Virus record (IMG/VR): IMGVR_UViG_3300028025_002470 | Location: 1,709-65,708 of that record | Direction: 5' to 3' (one strand) | Source: a virus | Taxonomy: Duplodnaviria; Caudoviricetes | DNA length: 64,000 nucleotides | Shown here: positions 27,001 through 35,545 of the stretch, piece after piece | Position numbering within the stretch: the first letter of the stretch is position 1 | Layout of the letters: the number at the start of each line of letters is the position of its first letter | The notes under the pieces: generated by a model | The model's input: the letters and a program-made list of their open reading frames with translations, nothing else | What the model was told of the DNA's origin: nothing | Database searches by the model: none | Translations under genes and position numbers: made by a program

Positions 27001-28137
27001 GCCACTAAGGTTATATGTAGAAGGCTTGGCACCTATCTTACCACCGATTAAACCACTGGCAAAACCTTCAGCTGCGGACAGATTAGCCTCTGCTTCAGCT
27101 TGCGCTCTAGCATTTTCCAATGCCTCATACTCTGGCATGTCCCTACTTCTGAATTCGTTATATGCCTGTCTTAGCGCCGTAGAATAACCTCTTTGATAGT
27201 ACTCTGGACTAGCAACAAATGCAGCGACATAAGGAGCAGCAGCTTGACCACCCGGAACTAAACCAGTTCCAATACCGGCAAGCGCACTCTTAGTCATAGC
27301 AATACCTTCCATACCCAACATCTGTCCAAACTCTGCAAGAGTTCCTTCTGGTGTTGGTATGGGTTCATCTGGGTCAAACCTAGTTCTATCATCCTCTAAC
27401 TGTGAAATGATGGCGGCGTCATTGAGTGTCTTGGTCAGGAAGTCATAATCGTCAACCTGCTTATTACGCTCTTGTAAGCCACGGTACAGGCTCATAAAGG
27501 TACCTTCCGGCTTCTGTACTACGCCTTGTGATACATTGTAATTAAGCTCACCTGTGGCTATCTTGTCTGCGTTCTGAAGTACCTTAGAAGCTATCTCTGG
27601 CTTCTCAGATACCCTGCCCTCAGAGTCAGCTATGTATGCATTGACAGCCACCGTAGGATCGGTCTTGGCTGCACGCTTAAGTATTTTTCTGTATTGATTA
27701 GGATCTGTAATTGCCTTGGACTTCTCAGCCTCAACGTCTGTTGCAGATACTGGAATCTCTTTTATGATACCCTTCCTTGCAGAAAGCAAGGCAGGATTGA
27801 CCATGTCGCTAAGGCCCGATCTAGACTCTGAGTCTAGCTGCCTAAGCCTATCTTCTTTAACTATGTCGGTGTAGATGTCATCCCTAGTATTGATGGTCTC
27901 GTCAAGCTTTTGCTTGGCGTTGCTGATCTTTGCAAATAGTGTTTCAGCATCAGGCTTTACGGCGCCTATTGGGGGTGCGCCTAGAGGAAGCTCGCTTGGA
28001 CGCTGGGCGAGAATGTTTTTTGATGACGACTGTAATTGTGGTACAGTCTGACTTGGTGTACTTCCACCATCTTTTTTTTTTAATATCCCGAGTGGGTCTG
28101 AATTGCCTAGTATTCCTAATGGATCTTCTTGCATCAC
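18079..28137 (-). CDS. Giant polyvalent protein, probably virion-ejected
   Basis: HDYFGH domain, HEASH zincin motif, LSPQ/VTIDTH domain, three YHGT ADP-ribosyltransferase-like modules; follows tail and pilot genes. Confidence 0.85.
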   Translation of the reverse strand: MMQEDPLGILGNSDPLGILKKKDGGSTPSQTVPQLQSSSKNILAQRPSELPLGAPPIGAVKPDAETLFAKISNAKQKLDETINTRDDIYTDIVKEDRLRQLDSESRSGLSDMVNPALLSARKGIIKEIPVSATDVEAEKSKAITDPNQYRKILKRAAKTDPTVAVNAYIADSEGRVSEKPEIASKVLQNADKIATGELNYNVSQGVVQKPEGTFMSLYRGLQERNKQVDDYDFLTKTLNDAAIISQLEDDRTRFDPDEPIPTPEGTLAEFGQMLGMEGIAMTKSALAGIGTGLVPGGQAAAPYVAAFVASPEYYQRGYSTALRQAYNEFRSRDMPEYEALENARAQAEAEANLSAAEGFASGLIGGKIGAKPSTYNLSGGFKNALKNVVVGSKNFVAENLVEGGADAAVAGGLQIAKNVAAFENGLDRGLFDGVQENVAGELAFTFGVGALTKLGRAAIDPKSFKTILTGVARQPKEDVDAKIGELLVTGQINPEQAQEAGKMIDEARAVDSQIPSDVTDDETRSLIADKIEERNKLKQELATSNEAFHADIKNKISEVDKQILSYATTQSNVQEGRTEGDISQPQGDVQGQPEVGQGEGQQGDATQPKADVGDSNLGSKTEVAQGKKLFNEPNPEAARVEEEFKKTKGINTPEPAPITKLDENKSKTIADAYDQLVDTPDDPEVQSSYQAMADETMEQYDAIAKSGVKVEMWTGQGEPYKNSGEMIADVRDNKHMYIFSTEEGFGDTPITDQQRQQNALLRDSGIKDVNGKPMLINDIFRFVHDYFGHTRLGNSFGAIGEENAWNVHARMYSPIARRAMTTETRGQNSWVNFNKSMRNPDGTMKKKGDEGYIPPAQRPFAEQKMALLPEEFSQIEDAYSVQPEAVQPAAQAPTMAEELQQFMAETPMDEAIAMAEESLTKSNIKFKTIDDPNAPQGLFVSDTGEITINRAKLADDIEAGVVVWHEASHPVMNIIRNTNKPLYDAVVRGLQDAAKKNSSIDDALAWAQSQPEYDNVDTQNDEAIVETIGRINAGLIDINSLDTGFKQKLIDFINEIAKFFGIDPIINDTDIAQFKKTVSEVADALKTGRDISEIVGEENVGKFQNEAAQARTIDQMMANDVESKVQAGPKVSTRIPSAKGAPEDVHTSGKYIVDLKSQREAPANYINNAIEVASYPLLTGVKKSDIAALKRGLLSKNKGGSEEYQKAAMKVADKVYDKFVRGVADNLKWLHNQFDENLRLISRRWYDGANKIAQDFASKYSVSKEQAAGVMASLSPQMDWYKNVSLAERVLDIVKNKRGQIFDQKMADKYVVIAGNVQKGKNETKEQMLARRIELIEQAKEDVKILLGKPLDAYPELFPKTLRAYDEVYNDKSYDILSPNADVIGKAKTKSGNNSKIGWQGYATIAKAISIAEDGSFENISRQLGDMHKVRNFNNNIIDPNSDTGDVTIDTHAVAAGLLKPLAGGDVEVKANLSGKGSDVTGSTGTYPAFADAYRLAAKEVGILPRQMQSITWEAVRGLFTDKYKANKDNKKKINDIWDDYNQGKINIDETRTKINNAAGGVKTPSWARSGDQALIDEESADNAGDVSGAGAMGDGARSGRRNATGGTAEVVRPATQLSAGNRLAPNGKPSKLNAKQYEQVRTPEFKNWFGDWENDPANASKVVDENGEPRVVYHGTNAVFDAFSKDRLGSKNWMSDAAYLGFFFAGNEYTSQQYTGIKSASLMETAGVSFGEIRDKYKADLDAANNSIRETYQSVLKQEKESLINSDQKLRSLIESVISKANLSEVDAERFTDSVLDAGKLDYELVDRKAGIENDKNGNNKRLSDINESMLSEMEDKWISETGASPRVMDLFLNIKNPIEVAYDRSMEMSSYIDSAIAKGSDGVIFKDVKAFDKTDDIFVALEPNQIKSATENVGTFSTQDNRIQFSAGNRLAPNGQPSKLTKTQYQQVRTTEFKDWFGDWEANPESASKVVDENGEPLVVYHGTKAKFDQFEYNKMSWESRLSQQGPGFYMTDNKKAASQYGKPMNVFTSVKNPLVIDNKSSNITKEQAYQLFSNGDNNWFYNSYLPFYTKSEGLSKKELIKKYVDDMSGVRGFDKEVLQNIKRSYNQETSYDKMMSDVAGILGKDGVIEKVSDGLSVYVAFTPNQIKSATENVGTFSTEDDRIQFSVGNRKLIQKTANDIATNKTIKDRNGNAVIFYHGTNNKITDFKANLTPDDEFSGVSFFDNESEASDYGDVIPVVLNARLIDVNDWFDLQAENGITEDDEINPERTEKLLKDNNYDGIDYRSIPMLGYGVRVIDPNSIKVIPNIPQLSAANRPEFSKDFKLGAFVMRKKAEGASDAEIAGAVASVTQMDKAEIDKLISDPEQYIRDSFSSFSKQRQDNLIERAKMQNIYRGRQFGKPIDKKFVGLEIPRNLVDQYMAQNGRKDNVAKKMYTDFKKKWLDPAKGLPDWVLAIKDFSKGTKNIEIARAAKTLDRLKAEAKRIGFQDWDAFSKAMVVANNVQRFIPEEDGIVPFDPYRAYEGRTFTAQDDQLPSLVPDEIKALPEEIIPYVYAMRGQIDRLTKDLIGSGYVTPDQAVTLERNIGQYVNRAYKLFNEKGYKPEPEVLNAAVNYLANEKFQGLLTDYFKTQQGISSDKVLTSEEQAKFDQDLQEFINAMQESEKLRLLEEALRLAQADVNAILEKKTNPYFGLSEDKRDVGILQNRKDISDPIRKLMGEYTDPGTKFMMTVAKQAALKGASEYLTKLREFGMGTLFFEAKDPSRPASHSVQVASTGTESMSPLGGLYTTPEIYEAIQSIEPTYNAMVQAWMKLVGYVRWGKTVGSVATQFKNFESNLGFAVLNGLLYTGQGTEPFKGAWQYVKGQYGKDEIDALTEKLIKLNLVGQSVGARELKEMLGGGDLHDIALDIALSPEGKWGKKVAKRYNIFKEANKFYRLGDDFWKAYAYLNERQVVARGRFEAPYESLTKEQQEQVDLESSERVKSTWPTYDRVVEGAKVISKNIPIFGNFISFQAESLRVLNNSIKLAKKDLSDPQMKSAGMKRMAGIVSYFMLRTAITVGVAKLSGMAASGLIGAAMGDDDEERRKNAIKQAAPIFMRSGDLAVKQGDQPHKFTIIDMSSLDPYGIIPRSLNAFTDGREGIFGAQMEPGVMAAGTELFSAFLEPEMTFSTMWSARNNTDPKNKQKMVLENDTDIQAAAKVAGAIWDQLEPSTIALVKRMFTTERPAAEFLAIAGARPYEIDLHKSFSIIMSRAGEDLLAINAEYNKVKYNEKATPEEKKSAEKIAEDKKAFAISKLNQIYRDFILTGADPNELNAIINQKSAIKTTGFDVITKKSIKTGKINREKLFKPK

Positions 28138-29591
28138 TTCTGTTTAATGTTTCCTAGAGATAGAGCTTGATTTATCTGATCGTCATTATACCCTAACTTG
28201 TTAAGATCAGCCTTACTGTACTGCTTACCGTTTACCAAATATACGGATTCTTTTTTAGACCCCCGAACTGCCTCGGTCTTGGCCTTCTGCCCAAGCGGTT
28301 GGTTGGCTTTAACGTTGATATCCCTCTTGGTTACATCGGTGATGAACCTACCAGAAGGATATTCGTATACGCCAATAGAGTTAGCATCCTTTCTTTTAAG
28401 TACCAGATCTGCCTGTGTAAAGTTTCTTACCGCCTCGTCTCCTTTAAACTGATCTACAGCGTTGGCGTTCTTTACAATAAGCTCTCTTGCGTTCTGAGGT
28501 ACGTTAGTTAATGCTGCGCCATATGTCTGAAGAACTTCTTTACCTTTTGTTTGGCGAACCTGAGGTCCGGAGTCTACAGCTGATTCTACTTCTGAATAAA
28601 CATCTATACTTACAGGAGGCTCAGCTGCTGCTGATCCTTCTCCCGAGCCGGCAGCTCTTGGAATTGCATATAACTTTTTATCCACCTTATCTATAACACC
28701 CTTCTTATTCCTTTCCAGATAATCGGTAAGGAATGTCCTCTTATAGACCTCCATGTTATCAGCAGTCTCTGGTATTCCAGCCTGCTTCATAATCTTCTTT
28801 GCCTCTCCATTTATATATACCGCAGTTGCGGGATCGGAATAGAAGTCATTAAATACTGTTTCATCTATAACACCATTCTTTCCCTTCTTTATACCAACCT
28901 TACCATTTTCTGCTTGTAAATAAAAAGGCAACTTAGATTTAGTTCCAGTCACTACTGTCTGTCTACCATTTGGAGTATCGATCTCAGACATTACATTCTC
29001 CTCAAATAGTGGAGTACTTTTAATCTTAGACTCTAAAGTCTTAGCACCAGCTATCTTGCTGATAACTTGATCAGGTGCTTCCTTAGTTAATACGCTGAGA
29101 AAATCTTCAGCCTCATCTATCTCATCTGGGTTTTTTAAAACCTTCTGTCCGAGCTCGTTAGTTTTATATATACCTCTATCAATAGCCAAAGCTCTAAGCG
29201 TAGGCGTATCGTAAATACTATCCTTACCTAATCCAGAAATAGTTTTGTCTACATTATCCTTAACGGCCTTAATCTTTGCAGACTGTTGCGCTAGACCGGA
29301 TATGTTTTTATTCAAGAACATCCTTAGATCAGCAGCACTAGCGTTAGGATTAGTCTTCAGATACTGTGCAGTCTGATTAGTCAGATCACTTAAAGACCTA
29401 GACACTACTTCTTTTTCGAATGTAGAATATAATGTAGCAGGGTTAATCTGCTGCAATACCTCGTTTCTTTTCCTCTGTTCCTCTAACTGGAGTTTCTGAT
29501 CAGCCAGCTCTTGAGCACGAGCATTCTCAGCTATCTGAAACAGAAGCCTATTTGGCGTTTGATCGAACTCTAATGCTCTTGTTATTGCCAT
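28134..29591 (-). CDS. Putative internal virion protein
   Basis: 485 aa, between the pilot-like gene and the giant protein. Confidence 0.6.
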   Translation of the reverse strand: MAITRALEFDQTPNRLLFQIAENARAQELADQKLQLEEQRKRNEVLQQINPATLYSTFEKEVVSRSLSDLTNQTAQYLKTNPNASAADLRMFLNKNISGLAQQSAKIKAVKDNVDKTISGLGKDSIYDTPTLRALAIDRGIYKTNELGQKVLKNPDEIDEAEDFLSVLTKEAPDQVISKIAGAKTLESKIKSTPLFEENVMSEIDTPNGRQTVVTGTKSKLPFYLQAENGKVGIKKGKNGVIDETVFNDFYSDPATAVYINGEAKKIMKQAGIPETADNMEVYKRTFLTDYLERNKKGVIDKVDKKLYAIPRAAGSGEGSAAAEPPVSIDVYSEVESAVDSGPQVRQTKGKEVLQTYGAALTNVPQNARELIVKNANAVDQFKGDEAVRNFTQADLVLKRKDANSIGVYEYPSGRFITDVTKRDINVKANQPLGQKAKTEAVRGSKKESVYLVNGKQYSKADLNKLGYNDDQINQALSLGNIKQK

Positions 29592-29593
29592 TA

Positions 29594-30268
29594 TTAAAAT
29601 GGATTTGCTCCGTAATCGGATTGTGTTACTGTTCTAGACTGTGCTGGAGCTGCTAAGTTTGCGAATCCTTTTGTTAAAGATTTCATTCCTCCCGAGCCGC
29701 CAAGTCCACGAAGACCAAATAGTGAGCTAGACATACTAGATCCAGCATTCATAAGTGTTTGAGCTCCAGCGTTTTGTAATTGCTGCTTCATCTCTGTATC
29801 CATCTGGAACTTTCTAAGCCTGTCCTGATAAGCCTTATCCCCCTCCCCAATCATAGTCTGCTGGGCGCCTATGAGGTTACCCAAACGACTTTGATAGTTC
29901 TGCTGGTTCTGTAGTCCCTGCTGGAACATAGCTTGATTAGTGTTACCCTGAATGGCAGCAGTCAATGCTAAGGCCTGTGAAGGGTCCATAGCTGACCTCT
30001 GTACTCCAGACATAGCACCAGCCTGTCCAGATAATATACCCCTCTGCTGGGCTGCAGCAAACGGGTCCTGTGCGTTTAATTGTGTTTGCGCCATACCAAG
30101 CATCTGCTTTGCGTATGGGCTAGCCATGTCGGCAAGTCTTTCGTCGCCATAGTTATAATACTCTGGCTTAATTTTTTTGGATTGGTTTAAAGCCTGAACG
30201 CCTTTAACTGCACCAAACAGTGATGATGCAATTGCTGGCGCTGCAGCTAATAATAAAGGTATTGGCAT
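29594..30268 (-). CDS. Putative DNA pilot / ejection protein
   Basis: Hydrophobic N-terminus MPIPLLLAAAPAIASSLFG; Ala/Gln/Gly-rich. Confidence 0.65.
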   Translation of the reverse strand: MPIPLLLAAAPAIASSLFGAVKGVQALNQSKKIKPEYYNYGDERLADMASPYAKQMLGMAQTQLNAQDPFAAAQQRGILSGQAGAMSGVQRSAMDPSQALALTAAIQGNTNQAMFQQGLQNQQNYQSRLGNLIGAQQTMIGEGDKAYQDRLRKFQMDTEMKQQLQNAGAQTLMNAGSSMSSSLFGLRGLGGSGGMKSLTKGFANLAAPAQSRTVTQSDYGANPF

Positions 30269-31065
30269 TATTGTGAGTTTTGGGTATCATGTCCTCTTGA
30301 TGGGACAAAACCTATGTTAACAAAATTAATATACCTGCCTGTCGACGGGACGAAAAATACACCCTGAAAGAGTCCGTTCTCTCCTCTCATCTTGTCGCCA
30401 GTAAATAGTTTATCCTCGTACGTTCCGGTGTTGTTAGGGCTCAACCTATCTCTTAGAACGTCGGCGTAGTTGACGCCTTCCTTGCGTGTGAACTCTCCAG
30501 CCTGTAATGTTTGAGGATTGAATACGCCACCTCTAAGATCGGAGCTCTGAACATAAGGAACCTCTGTGCGACAATGGACCAGATCGGGGGTGTTGCCTTC
30601 TACAGAGAAATCTGAATAGACTTTAGTAGATGCACCAGCATCATTATGTACCATAGCTACAACAGAATCGTAACTGGTAGAATAGAATGAATTATAAGTA
30701 GAAGAATTGTGTACGTAAGGCAAACCATTATCGAACGTAACCAAACGATTGGCGACTAATGATATCCATTCTGGTCTGTAAGAGTACATGCTTGTATACC
30801 TATCTAATGATGGCACATAAGCCCATACACCGCCTTGACCGTCATATGCGTTATAATATGATCTTAAAACTTCTGTAACCGTAACAGAACCTGTAATAGC
30901 TGTAGCAGATTGTAGGACCAGTGACGTGTTTTTATTTGCAACAAAGTAAGCTACCCCCGAACCAAGCACCTGCTTGTTGGAGTAGAACCCATTGACGCCA
31001 GCTGGTCCTGTAATCTTGTACAGCCTTTCGGGTAATACTGATATGTTTATTGTTACTGAAAACAT
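30268..31065 (-). CDS. Tail stabilisation/nozzle protein, C-terminal part
   Basis: SMYSYRPEW, YNSFY, KEG..YA...RD, GDKMRG resemble the C-terminus of crAss-like stabilisation proteins. Confidence 0.6.
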   Translation of the reverse strand: MFSVTINISVLPERLYKITGPAGVNGFYSNKQVLGSGVAYFVANKNTSLVLQSATAITGSVTVTEVLRSYYNAYDGQGGVWAYVPSLDRYTSMYSYRPEWISLVANRLVTFDNGLPYVHNSSTYNSFYSTSYDSVVAMVHNDAGASTKVYSDFSVEGNTPDLVHCRTEVPYVQSSDLRGGVFNPQTLQAGEFTRKEGVNYADVLRDRLSPNNTGTYEDKLFTGDKMRGENGLFQGVFFVPSTGRYINFVNIGFVPSRGHDTQNSQ

Positions 31066-34000
31066 TATGCTTGTATTGAAGAGTAAGCTATCACTACACC
31101 GTTCGCAGGGTTAACATCCCAGTTGGCGCCATTCATGAACACGTTAGTATAACCTGTCAGTCTGGTTGAGCCAAGAGCATTTGTGTACACTATCGCACCC
31201 ACACCAAAGGTACTAAAATCATAGTCAGAAAACAAGGATACAGGTGCTGTATTCGCCATAGTCGCAGACTCAGCAGAGCTGTTACCATAACCACTACCTA
31301 TGTACCTGTATATCGTTGGCGCTGTTCCAGCTGCTGTTACGATACCGTTACACTGAACACTGTCCGTAGCTCCACCACCAGCAAGACTGATAATCCTAGC
31401 TGAGTAGCTTGCAGGACTCAGACCAGCTTTCATCCTAACCCAAACAGTATTTGCGGCGAACGTTCCTCCAGCGGTATACGCCAGTGTTAATGGACTAGTA
31501 CTAAACCCAGTACCGCTTGATGTCACAGAACACTCAAAGTCAGCATTAGGCGTAATGGTTACATTACCAGATGCTGGAGAAAGAGCTGATGCTGTGATGT
31601 TGAACGTCTGAGTTGGTGAAGGACCAAAACCCTGCTGGTATGTGAATCCAGAAAGTACATCCGGGCTAGCGTCCATGAATGGAGTAGCTGAAGCTGTGAC
31701 TGTTCCGCTGACAGCAACCGTGTTAGAGGTTGTGCCATTGCTTATTGATATATTCTGAGATGTGTATGAACCTACAGATCTACCAGACTTCATCCGTACA
31801 TGAACCGTACCGGCAACTGATGTTCCTGTGTATGGGAATGTAACCGAACTAGAGAAGGCTACGTTATCTTTAGATACCTCAAAGTCTGTTGCTCCGGTGA
31901 TTGTAATCGTACCGTTGATAGATAGATTAGCGCCAGAGAATGTAAAGCTCTGTGACGCAGAAGGCCCTGCTCCGAACGTATAAGTAAACGCCAGAGACGT
32001 AGGTGTTCTGGTTAGTGTTGGCGCTACTGTTGTAAAGTTATAACTTGCACTTGCCAGCTCCATATCCTCTAGAACGGTGTTCTTTGGATTCAGATACATC
32101 TTTGGCATATAGCACAAGAACTCCTCGTGATAAGGATCTACACCCCCGAGCACGCGCAATGGGATGGTCGATGCGTAGTTATATTCAGTAGGGCTCTTTA
32201 AGTAGTTTAAGATATCCTGACCAGCCTTACGGAAGTACTTGGACATCTTGTTATTCGATATAGGGAACAGTCCATTCACATCGTACTTAACCCAGCTTCC
32301 TTTGTTGGCATCAAAGAATACCACAGCTCCCTTCCATTCGTAGGCGCTCTCAGGATTGATAGTCCCGTAACTTCCCTTCATTACATTGATATTTCCTATT
32401 ACCCCAGTAGTGGAAGCAAGGAAAGAGTTACCGTTGTTATCAAACACCTGAGCTTCTCCTATGTACAAGGACGCCGTCTCTTGCTCACCAATGGCCAGCA
32501 TAACAGTACCTTCGTACTGAACCTTAGATGTTAATACCAACCTATTAATCTGTCCAAGATCTGTTGGCAGACTGGTTTGGGAGAGAACCTCAAAAGTACT
32601 AAGACCGTTAGTCTTTGTTCCAGATAAAAACACGTTTGAATAATATATCGTTACTGGCTTATTTACACTTTGCGAATTGATAATTATATTAGTCCTACCA
32701 ATGTCTGTGTTCCAGTTCTTCCAGTATTTATCGACCGGACTCATGGCTTCCGCCAAATGGGTTGATGGGATAGTTCTTTCTAGTATGTATGAATCTCCTC
32801 TAAACGAACCAGAGATGACACTGAACTTCCTATGACCTTCTCCGGGGTTATCAATCTTGTACACCTCACCCACTTCATAGTACGGTTCTAGAGCACTAGC
32901 CATGTATGGTGTGTAGATCTCAAACATGGCAGCAAACGGAGAGGACACATTACCCAAGTCCCTAAGCTCAACTATGATATAATCACCATACGTATCTTTT
33001 ACGGCTAGATTATACGTAGAGCCTCCAGAAACATACAGCTTCATTATGTCACCTTCTTGGAAAGTGTAACCTAAGCCATTAGCATACAGTCCAGTAACCT
33101 GAACGGCTATACCAAAGTCAGTCGGATCGTAAGTATTCTTAACTGTTCCGTAAGCCCCAGTAGTAAGGTTTTTAGGTATGTAGTGTATAGAGTTAGCTCT
33201 GAGCTGAATAAAGAACGAAGTCCTCTGACATTTAGTTCTAACAACAGAATAGTGTGTAGCCCATACTGGGATCTGAGCTGTAGGGTTGTCGTTATTATTC
33301 AAAGACCAGTTGATCTGCTTGATAAACTCAAGAGAACCATATGTCCTATCAGGCGTTACCGCTTTAATCGTATCGTTAGTTATCACACCACCCTTACGTC
33401 CAGCCTCGTCGTAGAACACGATTCCAGCCCTATACGTGGCGTCTGTTTTGAATATCAATGATCCGGCTATAGACACAGGAGTTACGCCAGTCACGTTGAC
33501 CGTAGGCCCGTAATAGGCCAACTGGTAGATGTCTGATACGGGTATCGAAAGATAAAGCGCAATAGCATTTATATTGGCGCCAGCATAAGTCAATGTTCCA
33601 AACGCCACATCAGTTGATGGGATTGGAGTAGTAGGCTGTGATGCCGGAACGTAATAGCCCGGGTTCGGGGATATATCATTTATGAGCAACCAATATCTTG
33701 TATAGATAATACTACCCTGCCTGTATACAATCCTATACCACTGACCCTGAGCAGTTGCACTACCAGCCGTAGCTGTAGATATCACCAGAGATGTTGTAGT
33801 CGGATCATCATAACCGTCAACAGTGTTACCTAAAAACAATCTGTTCTTAGCAACCTCTAGAGTCTTAGCAGTCCTAGGCACAGAGTCAAAAGGCTTAACT
33901 GCATCTGACGGCGCAACAGCTACACCTACAGTGTCGCCATAATACCTAAACGTCAAAGCGGTTCCTGAGTTGTGCGCCGTAAAACCGTTAGTAAATGTCT

Positions 34001-34790
34001 TAACAATAAACACACTACCGTCTAGCTTATATACAACTCCCACCTCAACCTTGATGACATCCTGCTCAATAGTCTGAGTCAAAGGAATGGTAACATCTAT
34101 AGCGTTAAGAGGACTGTAGTTCTGCAGCTTAGACATAGGGGAGAACGTACTGATCTCGTTATCTCTGTACACAAATCTGTACACGAACTGCACAGACATA
34201 GACTTGATAAAGTTATTTACATACCCAGCATCGGTAACGTTAACAGTAGTCAACGGAGCCCACGGCTGAGGGCGTATAAGGCCTATTACAGACTGTTTAA
34301 TGGGTGTTGTGTATGGAAGTACACTTGTAGGATAAGCTGCGTTATTGAGCTTTAAACCGGCCTTTACGTTAATCCTGCGTGGAGGGTTAACTCCGTCGGT
34401 CCAGTAAAGCATGTCGCCGACAATAGCAGCTGAGTGTATAAATGAACTAAAGTTTAACCCACCAGTAACCTGTGAGTTTAACAGTACTGGCCAGACTACA
34501 TCTGTGTCTGCTTCGTAACAGTAGATTCCGTGATTACCAGCTGCGTTATAGTTGAAGAAGTACAACCTTCTGTTCTGGGTGTCCTCGTAGGCGCCTATAG
34601 TTATATCGGCTCCTGACAAGACCTCTAGACCCTTGGCTTCGTTGCCCTCAATGTTTTCTAATCTCCCGACCCGCCCATTTTCACTGGTCGTAAAACGCAT
34701 GTTGACAGCATTCAGATACTCGTTAGTGTCAAGTAACTGATATGCGTCGTCGTTATTAATACCCTTTATGAACAGCTTCTTATTGATCAT
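31065..34790 (-). CDS. Tail stabilisation/nozzle protein, N-terminal part with Ig-like C-terminal extension
   Basis: EYLNAVNMR, LYWTDGVNPPRRIN, FVYRFVYRDNE.S, NRLFLGN..DGYD, GIVFYDEAGR, GGVDP; two GPS..Q.F Ig-like repeats. Confidence 0.8.
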   Translation of the reverse strand: MINKKLFIKGINNDDAYQLLDTNEYLNAVNMRFTTSENGRVGRLENIEGNEAKGLEVLSGADITIGAYEDTQNRRLYFFNYNAAGNHGIYCYEADTDVVWPVLLNSQVTGGLNFSSFIHSAAIVGDMLYWTDGVNPPRRINVKAGLKLNNAAYPTSVLPYTTPIKQSVIGLIRPQPWAPLTTVNVTDAGYVNNFIKSMSVQFVYRFVYRDNEISTFSPMSKLQNYSPLNAIDVTIPLTQTIEQDVIKVEVGVVYKLDGSVFIVKTFTNGFTAHNSGTALTFRYYGDTVGVAVAPSDAVKPFDSVPRTAKTLEVAKNRLFLGNTVDGYDDPTTTSLVISTATAGSATAQGQWYRIVYRQGSIIYTRYWLLINDISPNPGYYVPASQPTTPIPSTDVAFGTLTYAGANINAIALYLSIPVSDIYQLAYYGPTVNVTGVTPVSIAGSLIFKTDATYRAGIVFYDEAGRKGGVITNDTIKAVTPDRTYGSLEFIKQINWSLNNNDNPTAQIPVWATHYSVVRTKCQRTSFFIQLRANSIHYIPKNLTTGAYGTVKNTYDPTDFGIAVQVTGLYANGLGYTFQEGDIMKLYVSGGSTYNLAVKDTYGDYIIVELRDLGNVSSPFAAMFEIYTPYMASALEPYYEVGEVYKIDNPGEGHRKFSVISGSFRGDSYILERTIPSTHLAEAMSPVDKYWKNWNTDIGRTNIIINSQSVNKPVTIYYSNVFLSGTKTNGLSTFEVLSQTSLPTDLGQINRLVLTSKVQYEGTVMLAIGEQETASLYIGEAQVFDNNGNSFLASTTGVIGNINVMKGSYGTINPESAYEWKGAVVFFDANKGSWVKYDVNGLFPISNNKMSKYFRKAGQDILNYLKSPTEYNYASTIPLRVLGGVDPYHEEFLCYMPKMYLNPKNTVLEDMELASASYNFTTVAPTLTRTPTSLAFTYTFGAGPSASQSFTFSGANLSINGTITITGATDFEVSKDNVAFSSSVTFPYTGTSVAGTVHVRMKSGRSVGSYTSQNISISNGTTSNTVAVSGTVTASATPFMDASPDVLSGFTYQQGFGPSPTQTFNITASALSPASGNVTITPNADFECSVTSSGTGFSTSPLTLAYTAGGTFAANTVWVRMKAGLSPASYSARIISLAGGGATDSVQCNGIVTAAGTAPTIYRYIGSGYGNSSAESATMANTAPVSLFSDYDFSTFGVGAIVYTNALGSTRLTGYTNVFMNGANWDVNPANGVVIAYSSIQA

Positions 34791-35545
34791 TAATTCTTTA
34801 TTGCTGCGTTATATGCCCTGCTTAAACTTCTTCTGATATCCATTGTATCGATACCGTTCATCCTAGCTCTCAGTATCCTTAAGGCGTTGTAATACTCATC
34901 CTTGGCTACTGCTCTTTCTGACAGGTTATACTGCCTTCCGTGCTCTTTAAGCTTCCAGAAGATGTACGCCTTAATAGTTTCAGAGGCGTATGGATGTATA
35001 GTTGTAGTTGAATCTGTAGTCAAACCATCGGTAATATAATCCATTGTGATTGTGGTACCGGTATAGGTTGTGTCTAGTTGTATCTCATTTCTTTCTCTAA
35101 TGACCGTGAATGAGTTGGGAAAAGTAGGGACGCTATTAAAGGCACGTCCTTTAAATTCGCCATACGAATTAAGATACGTAGTTCCCCAGAAGCCTTGCCA
35201 GTCGTAGGGTATACCAAACTCTTCCTCAACGCTATCATAAGGTATCTTGTTTCCGGATGCATCGAACTTGTTTAATCGGTTATAGGTATCCTTCTCTCCG
35301 TAGTAATTAATATACTGCCCAAGTTCGTCACCAATCCTTATAAAGTCTACATAGTCGCAAGGTATGGTCACAGCCTTATATGAGTTAACCGTAAGCCTTA
35401 CACTCTTAACATTCCTGAGGACGTCAAAGTTTAAGTTCCTTACGGCGTCAATACCATACTGTAAGAATTGTAGATAAAAGTGCATTGGATAGCCCTTATC
35501 GGCTAGTGCACTTCTTACTATATTGTCAAGAGTATATACTTTCAT
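34790..35545 (-). CDS. Tail ring/adaptor protein
   Basis: IPCDYVDFIRIG, YITDG, LRARM; position in the tail module. Confidence 0.7.
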   Translation of the reverse strand: MKVYTLDNIVRSALADKGYPMHFYLQFLQYGIDAVRNLNFDVLRNVKSVRLTVNSYKAVTIPCDYVDFIRIGDELGQYINYYGEKDTYNRLNKFDASGNKIPYDSVEEEFGIPYDWQGFWGTTYLNSYGEFKGRAFNSVPTFPNSFTVIRERNEIQLDTTYTGTTITMDYITDGLTTDSTTTIHPYASETIKAYIFWKLKEHGRQYNLSERAVAKDEYYNALRILRARMNGIDTMDIRRSLSRAYNAAIKN

